In this document: piece by piece, positions 62,022 to 64,000 of the stretch
Numbering within the stretch: position 1 is the first letter of the stretch
How the letters are laid out: every line of letters begins with the position of its first letter
Source of the DNA: Pseudomonadota bacterium
GTDB lineage: Bacteria; Pseudomonadota; Gammaproteobacteria; JAKAQQ01
Direction: 5' to 3'
Length of the DNA stretch: 64,000 nt
Assembly: GCA_027320085.1 (NCBI GenBank)
Contig: DAHVLZ010000011.1
Location: forward strand, 64,155-128,154
Program-made: the position numbers and the translations under genes
The notes under the pieces: model-generated
What the model was told of the DNA's origin: nothing
Seen by the model: only the letters and a program-made list of their open reading frames with translations
Databases searched by the model: none

Positions 62022-63349
62022 GCCAGGGACTCCGGGGAGGCGGGTTGAGGCGGGGGTTCGAGGCCCATCATCTGGGCGAAGGTGTCCGGCACCTCCTCAA
62101 ACTTCGCCCGGGCAATCAGCCAGTCCACGAGTTGTTCATCGAGGGCCAGTCGCTCGACGTCGCCCCGGATTTCCGGACGGCTACGGAAATCGCTGGGCAG
62201 CTGGCCGGTCTGTCCGTTCTCCTGGGCCAGCGTGTCCAGAAGGGCTTCCACCCGGGCGGACTCGGGGGTCAGCTGGAGTTCGCGGACGAGTTCCCGGTAG
62301 ACCAATGCGAGAGTCACGCGCCGGCGGGCCGCGGTTTCGTAACGGGACCGGAGCGAGTCGGGGATCTCTTGGGTCACCTCGAGCCCGAGCTGGCGGAGCG
62401 TGCTCCGGTGCATGTCCAAAACCTCCTGCTCGACGAGCGCGCGCGGCAGCTCGATCGGATTCTCCGTGACGAGATGGTCGTCGATCGCCTGATGCAGCCT
62501 TTGGCGGATGGCCTGATCGAGCTCGTTCCGCATGCTCTCGCGGACTTCCCGCCCCCACTCCCCGACATCTGCGGTTCCAAAACTCTGGCAGAAGGCCTCG
62601 TCCACTTCCGGCAGGTGGAGTTCCCCGACCTCGGATGCCCGAACCGTGAAGCGGACCTCCTGCCCGGCCAGCTTCCCTTGTCCATAATCATGGGGAAAAC
62701 TGAGGCTGAAACGTCGCTCCTCGTCCTTGCGGATGCCCTGGAGCGCCTCTTCAAAGCCCGGGATCTCCCGTCCGGCGCCGAGTTCGACGAAGACTCCGCG
62801 TCCGGTGCCGCCGGGAAATGTCGACCCGTCACCCAACTCGGCGTCGTAGTCGATCCGGACCCGGTCGCCGATCCGGGCCTCTCGTTCGACCGGATGCCAG
62901 TGCGCCCGCTGCCGCCGCAACCGGGCAATCACGGCCTCCTCGTCCTGCGGGGTGATTTCCACCCGGGGGCGCTTGAGCGGGATCCCCTCATATCCCTTGA
63001 CCTGAAACTCGGGCATGACCTCGAAGACGGCAGTGACGGTGAGGGGCTGGCCGGGTACGGCCGGAGGGACCTCGAAGGCGGGCGCGGATGCCGGACGGAG
63101 CGACTGGGCCGCCACCGAATCCCAGTACCGGCGCTCGATGAGGTCACGCAGGACTTCCTGACGAACCTCGGAACCATAATGCTGCCGGACCACGGCCAGG
63201 GGGGCCTTGCCGGGGCGGAATCCCCGGATCCGGCTCTTCGCCGAAAGTTTCTGGAGCCGCTCATCGACCCGCGAGTCCAGTTCCTGGGCTTCCAGGACAA
63301 AGGTCAGCCGGCGGATGAGCCCGTCTCCCGATTGAACTGCCAATGACAT
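62018..63349 (-). CDS. tig: Trigger factor
   Basis: GFRPGKAP ribosome-binding motif, FKBP domain (IPGFEEAL…FPHDY). Confidence 0.95.
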   Translation of the reverse strand: MSLAVQSGDGLIRRLTFVLEAQELDSRVDERLQKLSAKSRIRGFRPGKAPLAVVRQHYGSEVRQEVLRDLIERRYWDSVAAQSLRPASAPAFEVPPAVPGQPLTVTAVFEVMPEFQVKGYEGIPLKRPRVEITPQDEEAVIARLRRQRAHWHPVEREARIGDRVRIDYDAELGDGSTFPGGTGRGVFVELGAGREIPGFEEALQGIRKDEERRFSLSFPHDYGQGKLAGQEVRFTVRASEVGELHLPEVDEAFCQSFGTADVGEWGREVRESMRNELDQAIRQRLHQAIDDHLVTENPIELPRALVEQEVLDMHRSTLRQLGLEVTQEIPDSLRSRYETAARRRVTLALVYRELVRELQLTPESARVEALLDTLAQENGQTGQLPSDFRSRPEIRGDVERLALDEQLVDWLIARAKFEEVPDTFAQMMGLEPPPQPASPESLA

Positions 63350-63396
63350 CTGCTGACCCCCGCCCGGGCCGTTCCTGCCGGAACGCCGGGTCATCA

Positions 63397-63482
63397 TGGT
63401 GCGAAAGGAGAGACTCGAACTCTCACGGGATTTCCCCACTGGTACCTAAAACCAGCGCGTCTACCGGTTCCGCCACTTTCGC
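63397..63482 (-). tRNA. tRNA-Leu (TAG)
   Basis: GCGAAAGTGGCGGAACCGGTAGACGCGCTGGTTTTAGGTACCAG, long variable arm, GTTCGAGTC…CCA. Confidence 0.96.
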
Positions 63483-63619
63483 ACGAGTGACCGACCGTCT
63501 TCGGCGACCCACCGACACGAAATGATCGCGCTATTGTAGCAAAGCGAGCGCCGACGCCCACCGAAACGGGGGGACGGCAAGCCCCGCGACCAACCCCCTC
63601 ACCGCCGTCGTCTGTCGTC

Positions 63620-63778
63620 ATGAAACTCCTCATGTTCCTCCTTGCCACGATCCTCGGAACGCTGGGCTGGTACGCGGGCGAGGCTCTCGGGGGGATCGGG
63701 AGCGCCCTCGTTCTCTCGACACTCGGCTCGATCCTCGGCGTGTATCTGGCTTGGCGTCTCGAGCGACACTTCGACTGA
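63620..63778 (+). CDS. Small two-helix membrane protein (52 aa)
   Basis: Below the ORF-track cutoff: MKLLMFLLATILGTLGWYAGEALGGIGSALVLSTLGSILGVYLAWRLERHFD, with high GC at third codon positions. Confidence 0.65.
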   Translation: MKLLMFLLATILGTLGWYAGEALGGIGSALVLSTLGSILGVYLAWRLERHFD

Positions 63779-64000
63779 GCGCTCTGGAAACGGGACATCG
63801 GTTGCATGTCTTCCCCCGCCGACTCGGGCAATCGCCCCGGCCGCGCGGACTTCGGGCTAGGGCGCTCCGAGCGGCAGCGGCACGCTCCAGATCTGCGAAG
63901 CGGGGTTGTGCCCGCAGGGTTCAACCGCCAAGGGACCCTTCACCCCCCCGGTGAGGCAGCGGCGGGTGGCGCGGTTGACGAGGCGGCCGAGAATCGTGTA

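Overview
High-GC gammaproteobacterial chromosome segment (taxon inferred from gene order; the very basic exported proteins hint at an acidophile). Most of it is housekeeping: trmB-thiG-thiS, hemA-prfA…prmC…moeB, gatCAB, mreBCD-mrdA-rodA-mltB-rlpA-dacC-dat, a long gcvT-gcvH-gcvPA-tpx-gcvPB-pfkB-rlmI-lgt-thyA-kynU-lipB run, phhAB, ugd, nhaP, dnaQ, rnhA, gloB, mltD, fabI, ppiD, tRNA-Asp/Val/Leu, hupB, lon, clpXP and tig. Four accessory patches stand out. (1) 1-5365: a TonB-dependent receptor/TonB operon led by a PhoB-like regulator with a degenerate receiver domain, under six 11-bp-phased Pho-box half-sites, divergent from umuDC, whose UmuD has a UmuDAb-like N-terminal extension and a palindrome over its promoter. 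(2) 9601-15084: orphan genes plus a cystathionine beta-synthase/gamma-lyase pair separating prfA from prmC. (3) 16006-17418: a decayed IS607 element (tnpA with two TAG stops, TnpB-like ORF lacking its RuvC half). (4) 52176-54900: a 5' fragment of a group IIC intron and two apparently frameshifted exported-protein genes, one of which shares promoter/leader architecture with the orphan gene at 11.8 kb. No CRISPR array or rRNA was seen. All family calls come from motifs read by eye; no database search was run.
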